DNA of 64,000 bases from Callorhinchus milii (Eukaryota): NCBI RefSeq assembly GCF_018977255.1, contig NW_024704743.1:56608001-56672000 (forward strand). Direction: 5' to 3'. A program made the position numbers and the translations under genes. Positions 23,530-35,537 of the stretch are shown piece by piece. The notes below the pieces were generated by a model that saw only the letters and a list, made by a program, of their open reading frames with translations, made no database searches and was not told the origin of the DNA. Every line of letters starts with the position of its first letter. Within the stretch, counting starts at the first letter, position 1.

Positions 23530-24305
23530 AAGAGACTGGAGGAACCTTTTCATTGGAAAAGAAGGTTGATGGATAAGCTGATAGAGGTCTTTACAATTTT
23601 GAGTGGTTTTGGTAGAATCGATAGGAAGAATTTATTTGAGTAAATCAGTAACTAGATGACATCAATTTAAGATAGTGAATGAGCAAATAAGGAGGTTAGG
23701 AGACATTTTTTGACACACAAAGTAGTAAGGACTTTGCTGAGAGTGGTGGCTGAGGCAGAATCAATATTAGCTTTTAAAAGGGTGATACATAAATTTCTAA
23801 AAAGATGTAAACTTTGTATGGAAAAAAGTAGGTAAACAGGATTGAAAGGATTGGTCACAAGATCATAAGATCACAAGATTGTTTGGATCAAGAAGGCCCT
23901 TCAACCCATCTGATCTCATCCCGCCAGAATACCCACCCAAAAGTCTCCCCACCACTGCATTCAGCTGGTTTTTAAATTAATCCACTGGCCTCTATTACTT
24001 TTCCTGGCAACCTGTTCCAGTTGTTGATTATCCCTGTGCAAAGAAAAACTTCCTGAAATCAGTCTTGCAATTGTATTTTACAACTGTAAGCCTATATCAT
24101 TTTGTTCTACCAACGTGATGAATCCTAAAGTAATGATATTGGTTTATTTTTTCGATCCCATTTAAAATTTTATACACTTCTATGAGATCCCCTCTGAGTT
24201 CTTGACTGAAGAGCCCCAGACGAAAAGGATTGCTAAAAAAGCGAGCCCAGACCTGATGGACCAAATGCCTTCACTGTGCTTTAACTTTCTACAGTTCTAT
24301 GGTTC
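23530..24305 (+). mobile_element. CR1 3' fragment (host), interrupted at 23854-24223
   Basis: CTGATAGAGGTCTTTACAATTTTGAGTGGTTTTGGTAGA...TGAGGCAGAATCAATATTAGCTTTTAAAAGGG; 3' end TTTCTACAGTTCTATGGTTC; paralog at 40575-40812. Confidence 0.75.
23854..24223 (-). mobile_element. CR1 3' fragment with (TCTTGTGA)n tail, inserted antisense into another CR1
   Basis: TCACAAGATCATAAGATCACAAGA terminus; flanked by AAAGGATTG at 23845-23853 and 24224-24232. Confidence 0.8.
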
Positions 24306-25145
24306 CAAATTGAGCAGTTTCTCTATTATATCAGAGAGCCACCAAGAGTCATGACGAATGGTGCCAATTTTACTTAGATTCCATGGCATTCACTTTATTG
24401 TTACTCAGCAAAATACTTCAATTCTGAGCTGCTTCGTTTTGAGTCTGCTGGATGTGTGGAAGACAGGATTCAACAATTTTGACATTTATTTGGCGTATAA
24501 CTTACAGTAACACCATCTGGTTGCCTATGTAGCATTCTTAACATCACTGCACATGCCAGTATTGGGGGAAGATCTTGTAATTTTATTTTATTTTGGCACC
24601 ATTTCAATTTCCTTGGCAGAGTCATCACAGAACCACGAACACAGTAAAACACTTTTAATTTTTCAAATTAAATCATTGTGAAATTATATGTATTGCAACA
24701 ATTTTTTGTTTGCTTTTTTTTGCTCACTCTGTTTTTTTGCAATAAGATGTGAAAAGTTATTTTCCTTCCACATTTTATCTGACTATATTTATTAATTGTT
24801 TTTTGTGTATTCCTTGAGCTAGATCTATATGATACTTAGGATTGCCAGTTTTCAAATGTTTTCAATTACTTTTTAATGGATAATATTGATATTTATTTTA
24901 TTTTTTTTCCCTTAATTTTAAGTAGGCTGGTCTTTTCCTGTTCTAATGTGACTGGTTCAGATGCTTATCTCTATAAGTCATCCAGAGTAGGAGAGAGCCT
25001 AGTAGCAAGACTAACAATACATACTATGTCAAAATGGTGAGAATGAGCACTGAACTCCAAATGTGAAGTCAACTGAATGCTTGTGAAGCGGTAGAAGTGC
25101 CTGGAGAGGTCTGGTGGTCTTTAGTATACTGGCTAATAAATGTTT

Positions 25146-25672
25146 TTGATTTCAAGATCCTCATCCCACCTACAAGGCTTGATTTCAAGATCCTCATCCT
25201 CACCTACAAGGCCATTCATGGCCTCGCTCCCTCCTACCTCTCCAACCTACTATCCCCCTACCTACCTGCCCGTACCCTCCGTTCCTCTGGCTCCGGTCTG
25301 CTCCACGTCCTCCGCCCCAATCGCCCTACCATCGGTGGTCGGGCCTTCAGCCTCTCAGCCCCCAGGCTCTGGAACTCTATCCCCCAGTGCCTTCACCTTG
25401 CTTCCTCCCTCTCCTCCTTCAAGGCCGGTCTCAAAACCTTTCTCTTTGACCGAGCCTTCAGCTCCCCTCTCAACTCTCTTCCCCCTCCTCGCTCCCTCCC
25501 TTCCCTCCCCTCACGCTGACCATTTCCCCCTCCTCGCTCCCTCCCTTCCCTCCCCTCACCCTGACCATTCCCCCCCTGCTCGGGTCATGACCCAACTGTG
25601 CAGCACCTTGGGACGTCCTCCTGACGTGAAAGGCGCTTTATAAATGGAATCTTGTTGTTGTTGTTGTTGTTG
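25146..25672 (+). mobile_element. 5'-truncated L2 (family A) with two internal tandem duplications
   Basis: DFKILILTYKAIHGLAPSYLS...GGRAFSLSAPRLWNS...FKAGLKTFLF; (TTG)7 tail; TGTTTTT at both ends (25141 and 25671). Confidence 0.95.
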
Positions 25673-25682
25673 TTTTTAGATA

Positions 25683-25995
25683 AATAATAATCCTTGCAAT
25701 TGATATCGCGGCTTTCATGTCAGGGAGATGTCTCAAAGAGCTTCACAGGATTTACTGCTAGTTATAGTTTTATTAATGAAAACGGCAGACAATTTTACGT
25801 ACAGCAATATCTCACAAAGAGCCATGAAGTGAATGATTAATTTTACTTACTAAATCGATTAACAACCGGGTTCCTATTTACTGCTAGGTAAACCGAGACT
25901 TCGGGAATAAGGCAACTTACTTAAGTTTCGCCCTGCCCGGGAATCGAACCCAGGTCCTCTTGCTTGTGTTCTAACCAATAGGTTACAGGACTCCA
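25683..25995 (-). mobile_element. tRNA-Ala SINE, long subfamily, diverged; tail-to-tail with the L2
   Basis: AACAACCGGGTTCCTATTTACTGCTAGGTAAAC block; GGAATCGAACCC (box B reverse); TACAGGACTCCA head. Confidence 0.85.
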
Positions 25996-28104
25996 ATTTG
26001 GAGGTACAGAATGCTTTTTTGTTAAAGTGTGGACTTAGCATTCCATGACAATATTGAAAAAGGAAATTAAACAAATCCTTAGGGAAATATAATTTATCTG
26101 AGGTAGGAAATATAACAAGGAAGTAAAATTTGAGTAGATAGCTCCAGTAGGTGACCAAACAGCAGCACAGACCCACAGGCCAAATCAGCCCTGTTGTGCT
26201 GTAGACCTTCTATGGTTCTTGGAGGTTTGCTGATGTTGGGGGGGCGTGGGGCACAGGTAAAAAAAAAACCTCTACAAAACAAGAATTCGAAAATCTCACT
26301 TTGCTTCAATGGAAACAATATTTGTCAGCCAGAAAGAGGTCTGCTCCAAGAACGGATCCCAGCCAAATTCTTCCCAAGGAGGTGACATTGCCACTTTAAA
26401 GGAACAGGTGCCACTGAATCTGAACAGAGCCAATTTCAGATTTTTCTGAATTAATCTGATGGCTCCATTTCTAGAATTGCTGCACAATGATTCAAGGGGC
26501 ATGACATTCTTAGCTTTGTCTAATTTTGTTCAGAACAAAAATCAGAGGAACAAGGATGGTTTACCCGATACTAAAATGCAACACAAAATGAAGTGACAAT
26601 TCTAAATGATTTTTTGTGGGAAAAGCACTCCATGTTAAAAAATAAACAATCAGCCAAAAACCACATACGCAGCAAAGAGCATTTCCTGCTTTTGAAGCAA
26701 CCACTGAGCTACTTCAGTGGGTATAACATTTGAAATGTCCACGTGTATATCCATGGAGAGGTTAGTTGAAGTGAAAATGGCTTGAAAGGCAAATTCAAAA
26801 AAGCTGTTATTTTTTTAGAAGCCTCTTTGCTGTTCCTCACCCTGACCTGGGCAGTAGCCCAAAAAAAAATGGTGCCAAAATCTGTAAACCATGTCTTACT
26901 GAAAACTACAAAGTGCATAGTTACCCCAATGTAATACATTTTAGTAACAAATAAAACACCTTTTTGGCTGGCCCTCAAAATAGCATAGATTTATGCCGTA
27001 AATCAAGAAACATTTATTTTGCTGGCCAATCAAATAGGTTGGCCACCACCACTGTGCTAATCCATCTTCCATGTCCAAGAATATGGCCTGCTCTTTGTTA
27101 ACTCAATGTGCTGAAAATGTGTCTATAATTTACACGTTTGGGATAAGGAAAAAGAAATGATGTGAATGTCAAACATTCTTTGGACAGAAACGTTTTCTCA
27201 TGATTGCTCCCACTGCTGCTATAAAATATATTATTTTTAAGTGCCTTTCAAGATCAAAATAAGTGAGAATATCAGCAACACATCCTTTTTGTGAATTACC
27301 ATCTCCTCCCAATAGTACTATAGTTATGATTCGGAACTCACTATATGGGGAATCATGGGTGTAAGTCTACATCCTGTCATCTGAGGTGCAGTCCGTTGGA
27401 ATAGAGCCATCGATTTGTCTGAAAGCTCCTTAAGTAAAGCCACCACATTTCATAGTTATGCGCTAACTCCAGATAACTTCTGGCAGAGAAATTAATCCTT
27501 AAGTAATCTCATTGTACCAAATATTCGATCATCTTCGCCCTTCATTTACATTGTGTTACCATAATCATACCTTGACGAAATCATTTCTGACTCTCATCAA
27601 CATTTTGAAATTCATATGAAGCTAAAACGGTATTAAAGAAGATCAAGCGGGAAGCTTATGAAACCTTCAAGTAACGTTGCTGAAACCCCTGTGTTCAATG
27701 AGATGAACCTCGAGTGATTAATATTGGCTGCGGTGTATTAATCCATAGGTGTTATGATGGAATAGAGTATGAAGATGATTAAATGAATCATTGCTTGAGG
27801 TCATCCGTTCTAGAATAGAACCTATGTGTTCATAAACCATAACCACTGGAAGATAGTTAGACACCTGATCCCTTTAAGAACCTACATGGTTATGCTTTTC
27901 AAATTCCAGCTAGGTTTGCAAAGTGTTTCAAATTAATACCTGCTCAGCAGCCATCAGATTAGTTTTTTTTATTCTATACACCCATGTATTATAATACATT
28001 GACCATCTGCAAGTGTTAAAACATTGTAAGTCAGGAGATTGCTAAACTATTCGATGGATTCATTTAATGTTGCACTTCATATGATTTTGGTGTGTATATA
28101 GAAT

Positions 28105-28390
28105 ACAATACAATTTACATTTATATAGCACCTTTCACATCAGGAGGACTTGCAACTTGCTTAACACTGGGAATTCGATCTATAGTGGGAGCTGAAGGGA
28201 GTGGGTAAGGGAGATATGATCAAAAGTGCAGTCAAAAAGGTGAGTCTCGAGATGAACCATGCAAGAGGCAAGGGAAGGAGGGTGTCAGAGGAGGAGGTGG
28301 AGTTCCAAAGAGCAGGGGCAGAAAGGGAAGGTCTATTGTAACATGCTGATATGTAACTAGTACTCCTGAGGGTACCAGAAGCTCCATGTG
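28105..28390 (-). mobile_element. Old L2 3' fragment
   Basis: ACAATTTACATTTATATAGCACCTTTCACATCAGGAGGAC tail; ORF remnant SLSAPALWNS. Confidence 0.7.
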
Positions 28391-28603
28391 TAGATACCAT
28401 GAGTTTGTGTTGAATTTTTTAAAGTTTTTAGAACAGTCTCCACACTATCAGGAATTGGTTTATTAAGTGTAGAAAATAATTTAGTCAATACAGCATTATT
28501 TTTGTGCAACACTGGAATAATTAAAATAATTACAGCATCTAAGTTGTGCTTTAATTTAGTATAATTGTATTTCCAATTCAATTTGTAAGTATTTTCATTA
28601 CTC

Positions 28604-28888
28604 GTAGAGTCCTGTAGCTTAGTGGTTAGAGAATTTGCCTTGCAAATTAGAGGACCTGGGTTCGAATCCCGGGTCGGGCAAAACGTTGGGTGAGTTTCCT
28701 TACTCCAGATGCCTCTGTGTACCTAGCAGTGAGAAAAAAAAAAAAAATTTGGTAACTCAATCCACGACCACTTGTGGACAGTGTGCAATTGGCTGCCGCG
28801 TTATGCCCACAAACTATACAGTAAATTTACTTTTACATTGAGACATCTCAAAGACGTGGTAATCAAATGCAAGTATTATTATTATTAT
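28604..28888 (+). mobile_element. tRNA-Ala SINE, long subfamily, internally deleted
   Basis: GAGTCCTGTAGCTTAGTGGTTAGAG, GGTTCGAATCC, GCCTCTGTGTACCTAGCAGT, (TTA)n tail. Confidence 0.85.
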
Positions 28889-29984
28889 ATGACACAATAT
28901 GATTATGCATTTCAATCTTTTAATCCCTTCGTAGATCCAACCAGGTTTAAATTACCTTCATATTTACATCTCTACACTTTTAATCACCTAACTTGCACCA
29001 TGTTCATAGTTCTCTTGTTTCTGTATTTCCCACACAGTTTTTAGAAGTCTACTTGTTGCCATGATCTGCTCTGTGGCATTAATTTTCCTACAAATAGCAC
29101 AATCACTGAACTCTGCAGTAAGTCTTGTGAGGTGCTTTGATGTATTTCAAAGACACGATAAATCGCTATATAAAATGAAATGATTATTATTATTCATTGT
29201 TACATTAATTATTATTATAATTCTAATAATAACAATCTTATTGTAACAATAATAATTCAGTTGGGAAACAGAGCAGAATATGAAAATTCCAATGCTTCTG
29301 CAAATTCCACAGGTTTTCTGGTTCCTCTGTTGTTCTCGGTCAATGAGTCACTGCTGCGTACTAACAAATCAGGCCAAACACTCAAACTGCCAGAGTTCAA
29401 ATTGAAATGTGCACATCAATGGTTCCCTTACTTAAATGGGCCATGGTATCAGCTAATTAGAAACATGTCTCCTGACCACTTTAATTGTTAATCATCCAAG
29501 CAATCAGTTAATTATATGTTTTGAATTATTAAAATATTTATCAAAGCTCAAGCTAAAGTGCCTTTGTTTCTGTAGGTAGTGATTCCTCTGATCTTTAGCA
29601 ATCATAAATTATACAAAGCTGCCAGCATTTTCACAGTTGGCAGAGTGATCTGGGGGTTCCAGGAACAGTTACTGAGAGCAGCTTTTGTTTGGGGCAGGTT
29701 ATTAAACTTGATTATATTAAGCTGTTTCAGGTTTGTACAGCTGGGGTTATCATGGAGCGTATGTGAGGCCCGACAGATGGTGAAAGCACCAAAACACTCT
29801 CAACCTTAGGGGAAAGGTCAAAATCTCTGACTTGCAGCGTGTCAGGAAGCCTTGGTTGAAAGGAAATTCCCAGAGACAAACCTCTGCCAGTACTGTGGGG
29901 AAGTTAAACTATGGTAAGAGGGAATGATGGTGTTTCATACTAATCAGTGACATTCCCTGTAGGTAGTGAGTTGTGCACTGGAAT

Positions 29985-30260
29985 TGATAAGATCACGAGA
30001 GAGGTATGGATGAAGAAAGTCTTTGATCCATCTGATCTTTTTGCCCCAGAATACCTATCCTACTTTGCATCAATGTCAACTTCAAGCTGTTTCTTAAATG
30101 AGTCCAGCATCCTGGCCTCTCCTACTCTTCTTGGTAACCCAATCCAGCTTTTGATTGACTTCTGTGTAAAGAAATACACAGTACCTAACATAACCCTGTG
30201 CTTTACATCCATGAACCTATGTCTTCTTTCCCTATTGCTTTGGCATATCTAAAAGTAAAA
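29985..30260 (-). mobile_element. CR1 3' fragment, (TCTTGTGA)-tail family
   Basis: GATAAGATCACGAGAGAGGTATGGATGAAGAAAGTCTTTGATCCATCTGATCT is homologous to 23855-23920. Confidence 0.65.
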
Positions 30261-30376
30261 TAAAATAATAATAATTCTTGCCAAACTGAAAACACACTAT
30301 CAATTGAACTTGAAGTAAGTTCCTTTCTTGTATCAAATGTTCTCATAAACTCATTCCACTAGTAAACCTGGACTTT

Positions 30377-30696
30377 ATAATAATAATAATAATCCTTGCA
30401 TTTGATATAGCGCTTTTCACATCGAGAGGACGTCCCAAAGCACTTCACAGAACACACTGTAAAGTGAATTGACTATATATTTGTGGGCAAACGTGGCAGC
30501 CAATTGCGCACAGCAATGTCCCACAAACAGTCGTAGATTGAAAATGACCAATTTATTATTGTTTTTGGTTTTGGAGGGATTATTATTAGGTGTGTGGAGT
30601 AAGGAAACTTGCCCAAGGTTTCGCCCTGCCTGGAATTGAACTCAGGTCTCTCGCTTGCAAAGCGAGTGCTCTAACCACTGAGCTACAGAACTCCAC
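30377..30696 (-). mobile_element. tRNA-Ala SINE, short subfamily, full length
   Basis: Near-identical reverse complement of 17031-17347. Confidence 0.95.
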
Positions 30697-30844
30697 GAAT
30701 AGACTGCAATAACATACAGAAAATATCAGTCAAACCTGCATGGTTAATGTGTCTGCATGGGGTTAGGCTCAGAGTTGAACAGGTATCAAGTAGAACTCAA
30801 TGAGGGTTGACGCACCCAAGATTGTGATACTAGACTTTGTAAAA

Positions 30845-32798
30845 GCACTGTCCTCTGATACTGTTCCCACCCCTTTAAAAACCGCTGTCATCACTTCTAT
30901 CCTTAAAAAACCCTCCTTGGACTCTTCTCTACTCTCTAACTACTGCCCCATCTCCAACCTCCCCTTCCTCTCTAAGGTCCTGGAACCTATATTCTCCAGA
31001 ATATAGAACAATTAGAAGGACATGGTAGAGTAGATAGTGGGAGATTGTTTCCCCTGGTTGGAGAAACTAAAACCAGGGGTCACAACTTTAAAATCAGAGG
31101 CCAGCCCTTTCGCACTGAGTCGAGGAAGAACTTCTTCACTCAAAGGGTCGTGAATGTATGGAACTCATTACCCCAAAGGGCTGTTGACGCTCAGTCCTTG
31201 AACATATTCAAGACTGAGATAGATAGATTTCTTATTGCAAAAGGGATTAAGGGATATGGGGATAAGGCAGGGTTGGGTTATTAGCTGGAGTTAGATTAGA
31301 AGATCAGCCGTGATTGAATGGCGGGGCAGGCTCGAAGGGCTGACTGGCCTACTCCTGCTCCTACATGTTATGTTATGTTTATGTTATGAGTTGTTGCTTC
31401 TCAGCTTTGCTCCTTCCTTTCCCGCCACTCCCTTCTCGAACCCCTCCAGTTGCGTTTCTGTACCGCCCACAGCACAGAAACCACCCTGGTGAAAGTGACA
31501 AATGACATTCTGTCCATCAGCGACCAGGCTCCCTCTGCTTCCTTGTCTTCCTTGACCTCTCTGTTGCCTTCGATATCGTCGAACACTCTATCCTCATCCA
31601 CCGCCTCTCCTCTACCTCAACCTCCACGACACTGTCCTTGATTGGTTCAGATCGTACCTCTCACACTGCCCGTACTTCATCTCTTCAAACAGCGTCTCCT
31701 CTAGCCCCCGGACCGTCTTGTGTGGCGTTCCTTAGGACTCTGTCCTTGGTTCCTTCCTCTTCCAACATCTATATACTCTTGGTGACATGATCCGCAGACA
31801 TGGGGTCAACTTCCACATGTATGCGGATGACACCCAACTCTACCTTTCTGCCTCCACCCTTGACTCCAGGACCACTGCTATGCTGACAAAATGTCTGTCA
31901 GACATCAAGTCCTGGATGAGACCTAACTTTCTTCAGTTGAACGTCAACAAGACCGAGGCTCTCCTGATTGGCTCCCGTCAGCGCTTCCTCAACTCAGATG
32001 CTGACAGCATCACCATCCATGGTTGCACACTGTACCTTGCTAAGCCAGTCCGGAACCTTGGGGTCTTGTTTGACCCTCAACTATCCTTTCTACCCCACAT
32101 CTGCGCCATGACCCACTCTGCCTTCCCCCACCTCCGCAACATCGCCCAGCTCTGACACTGTCTCACACCACAGGCCACCGAAACCTTCATACACGCTTTC
32201 ATTACATTGAGGCTCGACTATGCAAACTCACTGCTTGTCGGCTTCCTCAACTCCTCCCTCCACAGGCTGCAGATCATCCTGAACTCTGCAGTCCATGTCC
32301 TCTCTTGCACTAAGCTCCGTGACCCTATCATCCCCAACCTTGCCCAACTCCACTGGCTTCCCATCACACAGTGGATACAATTCCTGGTCCTCACCTTCAA
32401 AGTCCTCCACGGTTTTGCTCCCCACTACCTCTCCGACCTGTTAATCCCCTACCACCCTACCACCGTTTACTTCCTCCGCTCAGCGGGCTCCAGCCTGATT
32501 CACGACCCCACCTTGCTCGGCCCACTATTAGCAGGCAGGCCTTCCACCACTCTGCACCCATCCTCTAGAACTCCATCCCGCAGTCCCTCCATCTTGCCCC
32601 CTCCCTCACCACCTTCAAGACCCACCTCAAGACCCTCCTCTTCGACCGTGCTTTCATTCTCCCTGCTTTCCCTCCTGCCCTCCACCGTCCCCCACCCCAA
32701 CCCCCAGCTCAAGTCCGTAACTGTTGTCTGTCCAGCGCCTTGGGACGTCCTCCCAACGTGAAAGGCACTATACAAATGTAATTTTGTTGTTGTTGTTG
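30845..32798 (+). mobile_element. 5'-truncated L2 (family A) with a 14-bp TSD, interrupted by a CR1
   Basis: [83 protein letters not shown] at 30831-30844 and 32799-32812. Confidence 0.95.
30987..31387 (+). mobile_element. Relatively young CR1 3' fragment with a (TATGT)n tail
   Basis: Uninterrupted C-terminal ORF TRGHNFKIRGQPFRTESRKNFFTQRVVNVWNSLP...FKTEIDRFL..KGIKGYG; 3' UTR GGCCTACTCCTGCTCCTA then ATGTTATGTTATG. Confidence 0.92.
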
Positions 32799-33019
32799 TA
32801 GACTTTGTAAAACCCAATGACATTTTGCAAAGCCTGCGCCTAACTAATATTAAAAACAGATCCCAATTTTCTTTAGGCGCAAAGGCCTTCCTCACAAAGG
32901 GGAAACAATTGGCTATTCTTTAGTTCCACATTGTGTATTCTGCTAGCACCACACATTTGAAATAAATTCATTTTAAATTAGGTTTAAAACAAGCTGCTTC
33001 TGAAGGACCAGGTGACACA

Positions 33020-33190
33020 GTGGGTAGACCGGTGGGAGATTCTCTTCTGAAATTAAGGTACATTGTCAGGGAACTTTACTTTGCAGCTAACTGCGGTATG
33101 TCTCACCTGGCAGTACTTGATGCTGACGTTGGGTGCTCAAGTGTTCCATTTCCCAGTGCTAAGATCCCTCACCTTATTGAGAGCGAACTC
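33020..33190 (+). mobile_element. LF-SINE-like 3' fragment
   Basis: AAGGTACATTGTCAGGGAACTTTACTTTGCAGCTAAC...CCTGGCAGTACTTGATGCTG...ATCCCTCACCTT resembles 1310-1460. Confidence 0.45.
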
Positions 33191-33739
33191 ATGCAAAAAC
33201 AGGTTCCTGTTGAGTGTGTTACACTTATTGGAACATTGAAGGTAGTTGAATATTCTTTTGGTGCCAGGAAAGAAATCTGCTGCAGTATCAGTGGAAACTT
33301 CGACCTTGTAAAGACATTGATGGCTGCCACTATCCAATGCAGCATATTGTAGGTTAATACCTTTAATGCTTGACCTTCTAACCTGCATTGTGATGCTCAG
33401 TTATAATCTTCTTTCAGTGGAAAAAGAAAGATTATCATCTTGGAATCTTTCCAGTGCAGAAGAAGCATTCATTAATTTGTACCCAAGATACTTGTGTACC
33501 AACCGCTTGGACTCCATCCTGTGATCCTGAATTAATCTGAATGATGATAATAATCATTGGTCCTTGTCCTTTCCCAGTTATTTCTGGTAATTTTCCATCA
33601 TTAAAATGATTTTTGGCCTGATAAAGTGTCTGAAGCACACAGACACAATTTTAGTTTTAAAATGTCAAACATAATTGTAGAAGTGACAGAGAACACTGAA
33701 AGAATGTCAGAACTGGATAAGCAATCACCACAGGACATT

Positions 33740-34320
33740 TCGATTCCCCTTGCTCAGAATCCTGAGTGGGTCCCAATTGAGACATCTCAATAAGATGTGA
33801 ATTTTATAACATTTGATTGTGCCAGGGACTGAGCTTTGTCCACTACATACTAAATACAAACTTTCCAATGTCATCTCAAAACATCACCCTGTGCAAAAAA
33901 AAATGCTGTAGACCTTTGTCTCCTATGCTCAATATAAAGGTGGTTCTATTAGTTCCAATTCGTATCCTGTTCTCAATATTTGTGGTCTAACTTGTGGTGT
34001 TTCTTACTATGGATAAAATTCCCATCGACTGTGGAGAACTCAGCTACAAAAATAGATTGGATAAGAATGAGGTCCATGTGGGTTGATATAACATCCAACC
34101 CTTATTGTCAACTCAAAATTCTTATTAAGGAATCCTATTAAGAAATACCCACAAATTAGACCCCATAATTTTAAGTTGATGGTTCTTTTTTCTTAATCAA
34201 ATTAGATTAGAAAAAGTCTCTGTTTGGATAACAGAATGCATATTAATTCACAATTTGCACGATATTAAAATATATGAATTAAAACTCCAGACTGACCCTG
34301 GTTATTATGTGACATGGTAT
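33740..34320 (+). mobile_element. Possible very old L1-like ORF2 C-terminal remnant
   Basis: Only short peptides PEWVPIETSQ and WITECILIHNLHDIKIYELKLQTDPGYYVTW, reminiscent of fish L1 WxxIE and WxxE...EKIxY...W motifs. Confidence 0.3.
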
Positions 34321-34461
34321 AGCAGGAGTCTATTGATAGTGCAGTAGGTTATTAACCATCCCTGTACATAAATGTAATTCACGTCCATTTTCTGCTGCTG
34401 ACCGGCCAGCTTCCTATGTCTGAGTACTTAAACAGGAAGTTAATCAGTGTTGGAAATTGGA

Positions 34462-34880
34462 TGGCAGCTGGCTCAGTTGGAAGCACTCTTGCCTCTGGAT
34501 CCAAAGGTTGTGAGTTTAGGTCTCACATTGACACTTTTGAGCTGACAATCCACTAAATCGCTGGGGGTGTCAGAGGTGTCAGAGGTGCCATCTTTTGGAA
34601 AAGTCTTTAACTGAGGCCTATCTGCCTGTTCAGTTGGAAGTTAAAGATCGCTGGTACTATTGAAAGGAAGGGGAGTTTCTCCAAGTGTTATGGCGAAGAA
34701 TCCCTCAGATAAAATTGGGCATTCACTTCAAGGCTGGTTGTTGGAAAATGTGCAAATGTGGCTGTTACATTCACCGACAAAAAACACTGGCATTTCATAT
34801 TACAGTAAATCCTGTGAAGTGCTTTGAGATGTCCTCTCAATATGAAAAGTGCTGTATCAAATGCAAGGATAATTATTATA
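34462..34880 (+). mobile_element. Deu-domain SINE, near full length
   Basis: TGGCTCAGTTGGAAGCACTCTTGCCTCTG head; TGTCAGAGGTGCCATCTTT...TTAACTGAGGCCTATCTGCCTGTTCAG core; TATCAAATGCAAGGAT tail. Confidence 0.8.
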
Positions 34881-35160
34881 AATAGACCTCACCAGCAGAA
34901 CCTGTGTTATATTTTGACCTTTCTCTAGTATGAATTAATCTATTTTAATGCTGTACAAATTTGAAGTTAATATGCAATGCCAAATTACTCATTTATCGAA
35001 ACAGATTTTTCCTAATCTGATCATGGGAACAGAGACCATTTTTATTTGTGGATCTATTCTAATACTGGGTTTAATTTCATGGACCCAAAACATGGATACA
35101 TTTAGATAAATATATGTAGAGGATGTGTGATAAGGACCCATAGGATTTATATCATGTAGC

Positions 35161-35537
35161 GTGAAGTCGTGTAGAGTAGCGGTTAGAGCACTTTTCTTGC
35201 AAGTGAGAGGACCTGGGATCGATTCCTGGGCAGGACGAAACAGTGGGCAAGTTTCCTTACTCCACACGCCTCTGTTTACTGAGCAGTAAGTCGCCCGGTT
35301 GTAAATTGATTGGCGCATCGTTTTTCCGAGGGTAATAATCCCTTCAAAAATAATAATAATTTGATCACTCAATCCCTGACTGTTTGTAGGACACTGCTGT
35401 GCACGATTGGCTGCTGCATTTCAGCCACAAAATATACAGTCAATTCACTTTACAGCATATTCTGTGAAGCGTTTTGAGATGTCTCGAAGACACGATAAGG
35501 CACTATATCAAATGCAAGGATTATTATATTATTATTA
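35161..35537 (+). mobile_element. tRNA-Ala SINE, long subfamily
   Basis: GGGCAAGTTTCCTTACTCCACACGCCTCTGTTTACTGAGCAGTAAG...GGGTAATAATCCC; homologous to 141-514. Confidence 0.9.
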
